Positions 1-9,795 of a DNA stretch of 64,000 bases are shown in pieces. The stretch covers positions 1,952,001 to 2,016,000 of the forward strand of contig OZ244621.1 in assembly GCA_965218425.1 (NCBI GenBank). Direction: 5' to 3'. The number at the start of each line of letters is the position of its first letter. Within the stretch, counting starts at the first letter, position 1. A program made the position numbers and the translations under genes. The notes under the pieces were generated by a model that saw only the letters and a program-made list of their open reading frames with translations, did no database searches and was not told where the DNA came from. The DNA comes from an uncultured Candidatus Binatia bacterium. Lineage in GTDB: Bacteria > Desulfobacterota > Binatia > UBA9968 > CAXXLF01.

Positions 1-102
1 ATTGAAACCCCCGTTACGACCATTGTGGTTAACCCTAAAGACCGTGCGGTCATGGATGAATTTCGCAGCATTAAGGTTTCTATCGCATCATAGGAGAGTA
101 TC

Positions 103-2262
103 ATGGAGGATCCGGTCATCAAGGTTGATCCGATCATTTTTGAGATTTTATCTCACAGGCTTCACCAGATCACGATGGAGATGGGAAGTACTCTGGAGCG
201 TGTTGGCGGTACCGCCAACACGACTCAGATGCACGATTATATGGCGTCCTTATATCGTGCCAACGGCGATGTGTTGGCTGCCGGCGAGTCCATGGGTTGG
301 CACGTTGCCTGCGCAGGCTTTGCCGTGAAAAGGATTATCGAGCAATTTGAAAAAGAGGGAATCTATCCTGATGACATCTTCTTGATCAATGACCCCTATC
401 TCGCGGCGATCCACCAATCGGACGTATATATCATCTCCCCGATCCACCATGACGGCCGGCTTGTAGGCTGGAGTGCCACTTTTGTGCACGTCATGGACAT
501 TGGGGCTCTGTCTCCAGGAGGCAACTCGCCCGGGGCTACTGAAATCTGCCATGAGGGGTTGAGAATACCTGGAATCAAGTTAGTAGAGCGGGGCCGGCTT
601 AGGAAGGACGTATTTAATACCATTATTAACATGACGCGTCAGCCCGTCATGGTGGGACTCGATCTCAAATGTGAGATCGCAGCGAACAATGTCGCCAAGT
701 CGAGAATGCAAGCCCTCTATGACCAGTATGGGTCCGAGTTGGTTGATGCAGTATCTTTAGACATGATTCGCTACTCAGAGTCTATTTTGAGGAAACGGCT
801 GGTGGAAATACCGGATGGCACTTGGAAAGACACCGTTCTCATCGGGGATCAAGAGACTTGGAAGATGGTCTTGACGCTTCGCAAGGAGCATGATTGTTTG
901 CATTTTGATTTTACTGGGACCGATAAACAGGCCAGGACGGGAATCAATCTTCCCTATCACGCTACCTTTGGTTCATGTTTTGAGGTCGTCCTCTCTTGCC
1001 TGGGGTATGATATACCAAAAAATCATGGGACATTCCTTCCGATAAAAGTCATAGCTCCAGAAGGGACGGTAGTGAATGTTCAGTACCCGGGTCCCGTGTC
1101 CATGAACACCACTTCGGGAGGTTCAATGGCTAAGTATTTGGCGGCGTCGACTCTGATACAAATGCTGGCCACTAGCGAAAATTGGCTTCAAGAAGTCATG
1201 GCTCACAACCTTGGCGGCCGCTTCCCTAGACACGCGGGTGTTAATCAATATGGTCGGTATTATGTCTCCACCCTGCTCGAGGTGAATGGGACGGGTGCCG
1301 TGTCTTACCAGGATGGCGTTAATACGGGGGGTCGCCTGAGCTGTCACAATGTCGAATGGGCTGAACTGAACTTTCCTCTGCTCTACCTTTTCCGGCGTCA
1401 CATAACAGATGGCGGAGGGGTTGGAAAGTATCGAGGAGGGGTTGGAGCAGAAGCCGCCCTTACCGTCCACAAGGCGCCGGAGGGAAAAATCAAAGGTGTG
1501 GCTTTGGGTGTCGCGGGATTGAAGAACTCCGGTCAGGGAATTTTAGGTGGGTACCCGGCCGCATCCAGCCATCTCGTCCTATTTGAAAACACCAAGGTGG
1601 GTGAATTCATTGCCAATAATAGACCGCCGGAAAATCTGGAGGAGCTTGGCGGTCATGCAAAGTCATTGTCCTACTGTGATTTTGATTTCAGCAATGGCGA
1701 TGTTCTCTACATCAGGCCGGGGAGTGGGGGAGGTTGTGGTGATCCCCTTGAAAGAGCCCCCCAAATGGTTGTGGACGATATACGAAATGGACTGGTTTCG
1801 AAAGAGGTCGCTCACCGGATCTATGGCGTTGTACTTGATGAGCAAGCGTCCACAGTAAACTTGGATGCTACTAAGAGTCTGCGAGACGTCCTGCGGACAG
1901 GGAGATTGAAGGTGGCGGCCGTAGAGAATTCCGAGGCTTCACGAGAAGAGGATCATGGTGAATCAAACTATCCTCCTCGTGAGATATTGGAGGTCCATAG
2001 CAATGGGGCGATAAAAAAGGTTCGATGCGCGAGATGCCGGTGTGAACTTTGTGAGCTTGGAACTGATTGGAAAAAGGTTTGTAGGGTGGCTCTCTTGCCG
2101 CCAACAAGTGCCGGGCCCTTGCTGAACGAATTGACAGGGCATTTTTTGCTTCAGCAACGTTATTGCCCATCTTGTGGGACCCTGTTGCAAACAGACCTAG
2201 TGGAAGACGCGGGGAAAGGTGTAATCAAACGGACTGAGTTGCATGACGCGCAAGCCGAGTAA
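103..2262 (+). CDS. Hydantoinase B/oxoprolinase family protein with fused C-terminal Cys-rich (acetone carboxylase gamma-like) domain
   Basis: 719-aa ORF with RBS AGGAG. Motifs INDPY...HQSD, HVMDIG, EGLRIP, GGVGKYRGG, GSGGGCGDPLER. C-terminal CARC...CPSC zinc-ribbon segment. Confidence 0.9.
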   Translation: MEDPVIKVDPIIFEILSHRLHQITMEMGSTLERVGGTANTTQMHDYMASLYRANGDVLAAGESMGWHVACAGFAVKRIIEQFEKEGIYPDDIFLINDPYLAAIHQSDVYIISPIHHDGRLVGWSATFVHVMDIGALSPGGNSPGATEICHEGLRIPGIKLVERGRLRKDVFNTIINMTRQPVMVGLDLKCEIAANNVAKSRMQALYDQYGSELVDAVSLDMIRYSESILRKRLVEIPDGTWKDTVLIGDQETWKMVLTLRKEHDCLHFDFTGTDKQARTGINLPYHATFGSCFEVVLSCLGYDIPKNHGTFLPIKVIAPEGTVVNVQYPGPVSMNTTSGGSMAKYLAASTLIQMLATSENWLQEVMAHNLGGRFPRHAGVNQYGRYYVSTLLEVNGTGAVSYQDGVNTGGRLSCHNVEWAELNFPLLYLFRRHITDGGGVGKYRGGVGAEAALTVHKAPEGKIKGVALGVAGLKNSGQGILGGYPAASSHLVLFENTKVGEFIANNRPPENLEELGGHAKSLSYCDFDFSNGDVLYIRPGSGGGCGDPLERAPQMVVDDIRNGLVSKEVAHRIYGVVLDEQASTVNLDATKSLRDVLRTGRLKVAAVENSEASREEDHGESNYPPREILEVHSNGAIKKVRCARCRCELCELGTDWKKVCRVALLPPTSAGPLLNELTGHFLLQQRYCPSCGTLLQTDLVEDAGKGVIKRTELHDAQAE

Positions 2263-2393
2263 TCCAAGGCTATGACTATAGAGGCAATAGGTGTGAGCAG
2301 ATTGAAAGTTATACACACCGTATACATATAAGAAAGATTCTGACCGATCAATCGAGTGAGTCGCTTTTAGAATTGAAACAGGGAAGGAAGGGC

Positions 2394-3872
2394 TCAGGGG
2401 CGATGGGGCTTGCCCACAAACCCAGGCCCGAAACCGGCCTCTTGGGCCGCTGTTGCACCGGCCACACGGCCGCTAAAGATGGAAGGGCCGAGCATGGTCC
2501 CTTCTAGGCCCGCGCGCCCATTGATATGCCCTCCGGCCATACCGGACACCTCTCCTGCGGCAAAAAGCCCCGCAATGACGTCAAAGTGGATGTCCGATAC
2601 TCGGCATCTGAGGTCCGTTTTGATCCCGCCTAAGTTCTTTCGCGCCAGGGGAAAGAGCTGAATGGCGTAATAAGGGGGCGTGTCGAATCTTTTCGAGTCT
2701 TTTAGAACCTTGCCAAACTCCGGTTCTCGCTCCAGTCCGCTCTCGCAGGCTCGGTTGTATTTCTCCACTGCGGATTGAAAGTTTGAGAGGTCCACCTCCA
2801 TCTTCCGTCCTAGTTCTGCGAGAGAGTTAGCCTTGCGGACGTAAGGTGAATTGTCCAGCAAGGTCTGAACGTTTTTTCGTATATCTTTGTCTCCCTGTCG
2901 GTAATGAGGATCGGCGATGCCCAGTTTGGCCGCCATGGCTGTATCGATGACGGCCCAGGCATGAGGCGGATCCTGAGCCATCACTGCCGGTGTAGCTGAG
3001 GCGCCACCGCTACGGGATTCGTCGTGGAAGCGTCGGCCCTGTTGATTCACCCAGATGTAGCCTGGAGTTCCGCGAAAGACCAAACCTCGTCTGCCGGTCG
3101 GATCGAGATAGTCCGGAGTGGCGAATACATAAAACCAGATATGATCCATATGGGTTAGGTAGGCGCCCATCTCCCGAGCCATTTTGTGGCCTGACCCGGT
3201 TGCCCCTCGGCCCCCCCCTTCCATAATTTTGAAGTTCTTGAGATCCGGCCGAATCTCCCGGATCATATCCAGGTTTGAGTTAAAGCCCCCCGTGGCCACC
3301 ACAACGGTTTGACTTCGGATCTCCACAGGGTCGCCGCTCTTTGTGTTGAATCCGTCTAAACCACACGCCTTACCATTTTGTGTGAGGATCTTGGTGACCT
3401 CGGTGGACGCGAGAATGTCCGTTACCCCGCAGGCCTTGACCGCTTCAATGAGGACGGTTGTGACCCCCAGCCCGCCCCGTTCGGGCCTGTGCCAACGGAG
3501 CACGCGGTTTCCCTCTTGATAATTCAATCCAACCCATTTGATACCTAGGCCCTCTGCCCATAGGTAAAGGTCGTTACGTGAGTTCTCAAGATAGAACCTG
3601 GCCCATGGTTCGTCTGCGGAGCCTCCTCCCCACTTGACCCAATCTTCAAAAGCCTGATCGGGGTCGTCATGGATGCCATTAGCCTCCTGAAGCGGAGTTC
3701 CGGCCATGCAGCAGCCGCCACCGGAAATGATGGAAGCCCCTCCGAGGGTTTCCGCCCTTTCCACCATAGCCACCTTTGCCCCGACCTTACGGGCCTCGAT
3801 GGCGGCAGCAAGGCCGGCTCCACCGCAACCAATGACGGTGACATCCGTTGCAATTCGCTTTGGCTCTGCCAT
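2394..3872 (-). CDS. FAD-dependent oxidoreductase (FAD_binding_2; flavocytochrome c/3-ketosteroid dehydrogenase-like)
   Basis: GCGGAGLAAA dinucleotide fold, LGGASIISGGG, VVATGGF, GLFAAGE. Start set at the ATG of MAEPKR; the ORF track begins at 3887. Confidence 0.85.
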   Translation of the reverse strand: MAEPKRIATDVTVIGCGGAGLAAAIEARKVGAKVAMVERAETLGGASIISGGGCCMAGTPLQEANGIHDDPDQAFEDWVKWGGGSADEPWARFYLENSRNDLYLWAEGLGIKWVGLNYQEGNRVLRWHRPERGGLGVTTVLIEAVKACGVTDILASTEVTKILTQNGKACGLDGFNTKSGDPVEIRSQTVVVATGGFNSNLDMIREIRPDLKNFKIMEGGGRGATGSGHKMAREMGAYLTHMDHIWFYVFATPDYLDPTGRRGLVFRGTPGYIWVNQQGRRFHDESRSGGASATPAVMAQDPPHAWAVIDTAMAAKLGIADPHYRQGDKDIRKNVQTLLDNSPYVRKANSLAELGRKMEVDLSNFQSAVEKYNRACESGLEREPEFGKVLKDSKRFDTPPYYAIQLFPLARKNLGGIKTDLRCRVSDIHFDVIAGLFAAGEVSGMAGGHINGRAGLEGTMLGPSIFSGRVAGATAAQEAGFGPGFVGKPHRP

Positions 3873-4360
3873 AAGTAATCCGGCCAAAATCGATTCGTCT
3901 AAAATTCTCCGCCCAAGAGACCCTTCCAGGAATTCATCCGCGTCTGCTCCTTCCCTGTTCCTGGCTTTAGGATCTCGATCTCAATGCCTTCGTTGCCCAT
4001 GTTCACGTCTACTTCGAGGTCCACCCTTCCCACGGGCGCATCAATCTGTTCGCGGTCAGGCGCATCAAGGGCCTGAATGGGGGGTTAGTCCTTTGATATG
4101 GTCAGAAGCAAACTTTACCCGTAGGCCCAACCCGATTTCAGTGAAAGGTACAAGAAAATTATCACGGCTCACAACTCCCCGTGCCAGTGCTATGGTTTTC
4201 CCTTATATTCAATTATCATTTCAACGCCTTACACTCCGCGGAGCCTACCCTAATTCGATACCGGTCGCAAGAATTCCGAGAATTGAAGGGTCCTTAAGGG
4301 GGGTGATTGACCCTAACAGACCTGAATGGTCAGCAACACAAGGGGCTTCGTCAATAAATC

Positions 4361-4614
4361 ATGAGTAAAATCGCTGATATCAATAGAGAGACATTGAGGT
4401 TTCGCTGGTGAATTCTTTCCTCGATGCCCTGTCCGGTCATGTGGCGGTTCTCGATAGGTCCGGCACTATCTTGAACGTCAACCAGGCATGGCGCTCCTTC
4501 GCCGATGCCAATGGACTTCACCTGACGAATTACGGATTGGGGGCAAATTACTTTGAGGTTTTCGTATCATGCCGCAGGTGTGGTGCTCGCCTTGGTTTGG
4601 TACTTCGAGCATAG
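4361..4614 (+). pseudogene. Fragment of a PAS-domain sensor protein
   Basis: LDALSGHVAVLDRSGTILNVNQAWRSFA..NG....YGLGANYFEV is a typical PAS N-terminus. The upstream ATG at 4361 is out of frame and there is no output domain. Confidence 0.6.
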
Positions 4615-4705
4615 AGAAAGCCCCGGTTTTACTAACTGTGCTGTATTCTTTTTGATCCTTATTTTGTTTTTCTTCTCAATCCCATCTGATGGTTTAGAAC
4701 GTCTG

Positions 4706-4960
4706 TTATTTCTCGATCAAGGGGAGCTGAGCTGCAATGTCGAAATTGATGATTGTCCTGATTTTGTTTCCAATCTGGAGGTAACGTGCCACTTTTATGG
4801 CCGGGAGTACTTTGTTCAATTTTAGTGCAAAGGAGGCGTTCAGATCCGCTTCCGCTTTCTCGATGGACACAAGCTCTTCAATGAGTTTTTGTGCTTTCGC
4901 ATCGGTGAGGGTCCGGTTGTTATGGTCCCCAGCGTAGCTCTCCAGGAGCGCATTCCCGGT
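4706..4960 (-). pseudogene. 3' fragment of a conserved helical hypothetical (exported-type) protein
   Basis: LTDAKAQKLIEE...KVLPAIKVARYLQIGNKIR..INFDIAAQLPL resembles the C-terminus of a widespread hypothetical family (from recall). The N-terminal part is missing. Confidence 0.45.
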
Positions 4961-5230
4961 ACCCATGGTGGAGATTCCCACCTGTGCTTTGCAACTGATT
5001 CACGGAAGGTAACCCATCCTGAATCCGCCAGCTTCCGGCAAGTCGGATCTGCAGCGTATCGTCATGGAGACGGCTGAAACTCATTTCGCAAGCCTCGGAT
5101 ATCTAAGTTACCAATTCATTGGTCTGTTAACTGCAATCATCGGCATACTGAGGCGCAATCACTTTGTCGAGCCATGCCAACCTGAACAGGTGGTACTGTG
5201 TCGGGTCGGATAGGTACGGGGGGGTGAAGC

Positions 5231-5422
5231 TCAATTTTGGAGTATGCCCAGTGTTAATTCGCGGCAGATTTGCATGACCTCTCTGTGGAAGGGCCCACAA
5301 TCGGGGCATACCCTGATGGGGAAGGTCATGGAGTTGGTATGAATCACTCCTGCAGTGGGAAGGTGGTCGCAATGCTGACCGCAGATGCCACAGAGATAGG
5401 CTATTTCGTTAGACTCGGTCAT
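5231..5422 (-). CDS. Possible small Cys-rich (CxxC...CxxC) protein
   Basis: CGICGQHC and CPDC motifs in a 63-aa ORF; no clear RBS. Confidence 0.3.
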   Translation of the reverse strand: MTESNEIAYLCGICGQHCDHLPTAGVIHTNSMTFPIRVCPDCGPFHREVMQICRELTLGILQN

Positions 5423-5613
5423 GTGGTTCCAGAAGATTAGCACTCAGAAGGGCCCTGGCAACTCGTAAAACTACTGATTTTCAGGTCAAAACGTACCGGT
5501 TTTTTATAGGAGAACTGGCCCTTTGTGAAAAACTCTATATATTAAGGCGGGGAAAAAGGTCCTTCAAGGGGTTTAGGTTAAGGAAACATTAATTTATCTG
5601 TGAGGTGATTAAA

Positions 5614-6297
5614 ATGGACCAGCACCAATTGGTTTTCCTTATCGACGTGGACAACACTCTCCTTGACAATGACCGGGTGATCGCTGACCTGATGAAGCAC
5701 CTTGACCACCAGGTAGGTCGCGACTGTCAGAAGAGGTACTGGGCCATCTTCGAGGAACTGCGAACGGAGCTTGGCTATGCGGACTATCTGGGGGCGCTTC
5801 AGCGCTACCGGGTGGAGCATCCACGGGATCTCCGGATCCTCACGGTATCGTCCTTTCTCACCAATTATCCATTTTCCGACCGCCTCTTCCCAAACTCTCT
5901 TGACGTCATTCGTCGACTCAGGAGGTGGGGGTTGACCGTCATCCTTTCGGATGGGGATGTGGTTTTCCAACCACGTAAGATTGAACGTTCAGGTCTTTTT
6001 GAAGCGGTGGGGAAAAACGTTCTGGTTTATATTCATAAAGAGCTTGAGCTTGACGACGTGGAGCATCGTTACCCGGCCAAGCATTACATTTTGATCGATG
6101 ACAAGATCCGAATCTTGTCGGCGGTTAAGAACGTTTGGGGAAACCGGGTCACCACCGTCTTTCCCCGTCAGGGCCACTATGCCCATGACCGGGAGAATCT
6201 TGCCAAGTTCCCGCCAGCGGATCTCAGTGTTGAACGGATTGGGGAGCTACGAGATTATGGTTTGCCGGCTCTGCTCAATGCGGGCCGTGGCAATTGA
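5614..6297 (+). CDS. HAD-superfamily hydrolase
   Basis: Motif I DVDNTL, ILSDGD, LIDDK; RBS GAGG upstream of ATG 5614. Confidence 0.88.
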   Translation: MDQHQLVFLIDVDNTLLDNDRVIADLMKHLDHQVGRDCQKRYWAIFEELRTELGYADYLGALQRYRVEHPRDLRILTVSSFLTNYPFSDRLFPNSLDVIRRLRRWGLTVILSDGDVVFQPRKIERSGLFEAVGKNVLVYIHKELELDDVEHRYPAKHYILIDDKIRILSAVKNVWGNRVTTVFPRQGHYAHDRENLAKFPPADLSVERIGELRDYGLPALLNAGRGN

Positions 6298-6650
6298 AGC
6301 GTTAACCCCCATCCGACATTCGTTGCCGGTGGATGTCATTTCTGACGCCCACGGGAACAAAGCCGCCCACACGGGGTGGCATGAATGAGAATTCACCTCA
6401 GGTGACGTTCGGAATCCGTCATCCATAGGGCTGCAAACCCGTGCTCTGTCCAATCCTGAAGATTTCCCGTGGAGTCGGTTTTTGTCGGATCGGGGCTAAG
6501 AGTCCGCCGCGCCGTCACTCGTGGCATCTCGTCGATGGAATTTACCTTCCAATCCGAACCAACATTTCCATTTTGAATTCGTTACCGTCTCTATTTGCAG
6601 TTTCAGAGGAGGAACAGAACACAAACCGTGTTAAAAAGAATGAAATAGTC

Positions 6651-6679
6651 TTGACAGGTTAACCTGCAGAGATTATTCT
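6651..6679 (+). promoter_or_regulatory. Sigma70-type promoter of speA with overlapping 12-bp palindrome
   Basis: TTGACA-N17-TATTCT; CAGGTTAACCTG at 6655-6666. Confidence 0.6.
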
Positions 6680-6738
6680 AATAAACTTTAGAAGATCCCT
6701 GGATGTAAGTTCGGGGAAATTTACTTTTTAAGAAAGAA

Positions 6739-8706
6739 GTGAAGATCGAACCGTTTGAAAAAGGCGATTTGTCCACGTGGCGCACCTGGGGTCAGGACTA
6801 CGTGAACGTCAACGACGCAGGTCATCTCGAAATTCTTCCGACGAGCGACGGTGTGGGAAGAGTTGACCTTTATGATCTTGCGAGCGCGCTACACAAACAA
6901 TCCCAGAGTCTCCCCGTTCTCGTGCGCTTCCCGCAGATAATCGATTCCCAAATTGAAAAATTGCACGAGGCCTTCCAAAGCGCCATGAGGACGTTCAACT
7001 ACAACTCCTCATACACTGCGGTGTATCCCCTTAAGGTGAACCATAGCCCAGCCACCCTGTCACGACTTTGTAAAACCGGTAGCAAGTACAGCTTGGGACT
7101 TGAGGTGGGAACCAAGGCGGAGCTCTGTGTGGCTCTTTCGCTTCTTAAGAAGGAGCAGGGCCCGATCATCTGCAACGGTTTTAAAGACTCATCTTACCTT
7201 GAGCTGGCCTCAGTGGCGGCCGGTGCCGGTTATGAAGTGGTGGTGTTGGTGGAAAGGGTACGCGAGTTTGAGCTGATCTGTGATTTGATTGCGCGGGGCT
7301 CTACTGCTCCTGTCCTGGGAGCGAGGGTAAAACTCCATGCCAGTGGCACGGGACGCTGGGAGGATTCTTCCGGGTATCTTTCCAAATTCGGGCTAACGGT
7401 TTCTGAGATCTTTGATGTTACCCGTGTGCTCCGTGATGCAAAACTGCTCAACGCCCTACAGGTTTTACATTTCCATCTGGGGTCACAGATCACCAACATC
7501 CGAAAATTCAAACAGGCTTTGCAGGAGGCCCTAAGATTCTACGTAGAGCTTAAAAAGATGGGAGTTCCTCTCAGGAGTCTGGATGTGGGTGGGGGTCTCG
7601 GCATCGACTACGACGGGAGCAACAGCTCCTCGGATTCCAGTGTCAACTATAACGTTCAAGAATACGCCAACGATATCGTCTACACGAGTAAAGAACTTGC
7701 AGAAAAAGCGCGCATTGAGGAACCCAACATTATTTCTGAGACGGGACGTTTCCTCGTGGCTCACCACGCAGTACTGTTGATCGATCCTCTGGAGCTTCCA
7801 CAGCGCAACCAAAAACCCCACCGCGCCAGGGGACGGACCTCCAGCGTGGATGCCGTCAACGAGTTGGAAGACTTGGCGGTGGAGATCAACAGCAAGAACT
7901 GGCGTGAGTACCTGCACGACGCCTACCAGAAGAAAGACGAGATGCTATCCGCCTTCTCCCTTGGATTTCTCTCTTTGGAACAGAGAGCCCAGGCGGAGTC
8001 CGCTTTTGCCAGGGTAGTGGAGTTGGCTAGCCGCTATGCACGAACGGGCCGGTTCGACAAATCAGAACAGGTGGCGTTGGAGAGGATTTCTTCCACCATT
8101 TTCCCCTTCAATTTTTCTCTGTTCAAGTCTATTCCGGACTGTTGGATCCTAGACCAGCTTTTCCCTATCATGCCGATCTCTAGATTGAGGGAGGTCCCTT
8201 CCATAAAGGCCATCATCGCAGATCTGACCTGCGACTCGGATGGAGTCATCGACAAGTTTGCTCATCCTCGTGAGATCAAGTCGGCCATTGAGCTCCACAG
8301 TGAACCCTGGTCAGATTACTATTCCCTTGCCATCCTTTTCGTGGGTGCCTATCAGGAGGCACTGGGGAGCAGTCACAATCTGTTCGGCACGCCAGCTGAG
8401 GTGGTGGTGGAGGCGGATACCAAAGGCGGATTTAAGATTCTCGATATCAAAAAAGCCCAGACCTGCCGCGAAATACTGATCGAGTGGGGGTTTAACGGCC
8501 AGATGCCCTCTAAAACATCCAGGTCTCGACCCCAAATTGTTGCTGCAGGGAAGGGCAACAACAATGTTCCTTCGGAGGCGGATGAAAGACTGAGAACGGC
8601 TCTGAACGAACTCCTGGATGGCAGCACCTATCTGAATCAGCCCACTGCTGCGGATGAAGCCGGGCTTGCCGTGCCGCAAGGCAAGGTAGTGGGAAAAGCC
8701 AGATAA
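6739..8706 (+). CDS. speA: Biosynthetic arginine decarboxylase
   Basis: YPLKVN (PLP Lys), GLEVGTKAEL, ICNGFKD, HFHLGSQI, DVGGGLGIDYDGS, ADLTCDSDG, GAYQEALG..HNLFG. Confidence 0.95.
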   Translation: MKIEPFEKGDLSTWRTWGQDYVNVNDAGHLEILPTSDGVGRVDLYDLASALHKQSQSLPVLVRFPQIIDSQIEKLHEAFQSAMRTFNYNSSYTAVYPLKVNHSPATLSRLCKTGSKYSLGLEVGTKAELCVALSLLKKEQGPIICNGFKDSSYLELASVAAGAGYEVVVLVERVREFELICDLIARGSTAPVLGARVKLHASGTGRWEDSSGYLSKFGLTVSEIFDVTRVLRDAKLLNALQVLHFHLGSQITNIRKFKQALQEALRFYVELKKMGVPLRSLDVGGGLGIDYDGSNSSSDSSVNYNVQEYANDIVYTSKELAEKARIEEPNIISETGRFLVAHHAVLLIDPLELPQRNQKPHRARGRTSSVDAVNELEDLAVEINSKNWREYLHDAYQKKDEMLSAFSLGFLSLEQRAQAESAFARVVELASRYARTGRFDKSEQVALERISSTIFPFNFSLFKSIPDCWILDQLFPIMPISRLREVPSIKAIIADLTCDSDGVIDKFAHPREIKSAIELHSEPWSDYYSLAILFVGAYQEALGSSHNLFGTPAEVVVEADTKGGFKILDIKKAQTCREILIEWGFNGQMPSKTSRSRPQIVAAGKGNNNVPSEADERLRTALNELLDGSTYLNQPTAADEAGLAVPQGKVVGKAR

Positions 8707-9144
8707 TATCTGACCCCCAAACCCCTCCACTGAAATCTCTAAGTTGACCCCGCTTCGAACAAAATTAGCAAGCCACGTTCTGTCCTAGTCCGGTCGTTGC
8801 AACTGCCGCAGGCATTTGGGTTGCAAGTCCGCAACTACACCCCAGGTGAGTCATCGAACCGTGGTACAGGCGGAACTGAAGCGCCATCTGATGTTGACTG
8901 TTGATGCTTTTCTCCGACCGATTAATGTCGGATCGGGATTGACTCCCCCTAGCGGGTTATTGATAAAAGCTGTTTGCAGGCCGGTCAAAAAGATCTCAGA
9001 GGCGAGACGCGTGAAGAATCGACGAGCGTAGGCGTACTCAAGTGGTACCTTGGAGCGGAAATGATTCCCGTAGCGATCGAGCGCAGCTATCCTAAACGCC
9101 TGCCGGGGCAAGCTGGTGGCATATGAGTCTTTTTCAGCAGCCTG

Positions 9145-9792
9145 CTAGAGGACTTTCTCCTCTAGCCAACTGGAAAGATCCCTCAAGGTAGGTGGGTTTA
9201 TCTCATGGCCCATTGGGTATTCCTGATAAGTTACCGGGATATTCAAGCGGCTAAGGGCGTCCGCCGCCTCGCGGCCTCGGGCCACTTCAATGGTTTGATC
9301 GTGGGTACCGTGCTGGATCAGTGTCGGTAGGCTTTGGGCCGAAGAAGCGCAAGGCGTGCGATCCAACAACTCGGGAGACAGACGGGAGCTCATGGCCACC
9401 AGTGCCGCGAAACGCTCGGGCCGGTCAAGGGCTAGACTGTAAGCCATGACTCCGCCCTGGCTAAAGCCGAGGGCAACGAGCTTGTGTGGATCTATCTGAA
9501 AGGAGCCAAGGCAGGCATCGATAAATTCCTTCAAATGATCCCGAACGGAAAGGAGCGCTTGGAGATCGGGATTGCCGGGAATCGCCGAAGAGTACCAGGC
9601 GTATCCCGTAGCTCCAGGCCCAATGGAAACTTCATGCGGGGCCTGAGGGCAGATCACCAGAAAGCGCCCGTTACAGATATACGGAGCCAGTCCGAGCAGG
9701 TCCAAAGCATTGGCTCCACGGCCATGCATTGCGACGATGGTTGGGTGGGGACCTTTTCCGCTAGGTTGAAAAACCGTGTGAATGAGGTTCAT
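9145..9792 (-). CDS. Phospholipase/carboxylesterase (alpha/beta hydrolase)
   Basis: HGRGAN, GFSQGG nucleophile elbow, HGTHD, MGHEI. Confidence 0.9.
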   Translation of the reverse strand: MNLIHTVFQPSGKGPHPTIVAMHGRGANALDLLGLAPYICNGRFLVICPQAPHEVSIGPGATGYAWYSSAIPGNPDLQALLSVRDHLKEFIDACLGSFQIDPHKLVALGFSQGGVMAYSLALDRPERFAALVAMSSRLSPELLDRTPCASSAQSLPTLIQHGTHDQTIEVARGREAADALSRLNIPVTYQEYPMGHEINPPTLRDLSSWLEEKVL

Positions 9793-9795
9793 AGC

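Noticed and set aside
3706..4368. 220-aa + strand ORF
   Set aside because: It overlaps the FAD oxidoreductase antisense, has Ser/Pro/Arg-rich shadow composition and shows no motifs.
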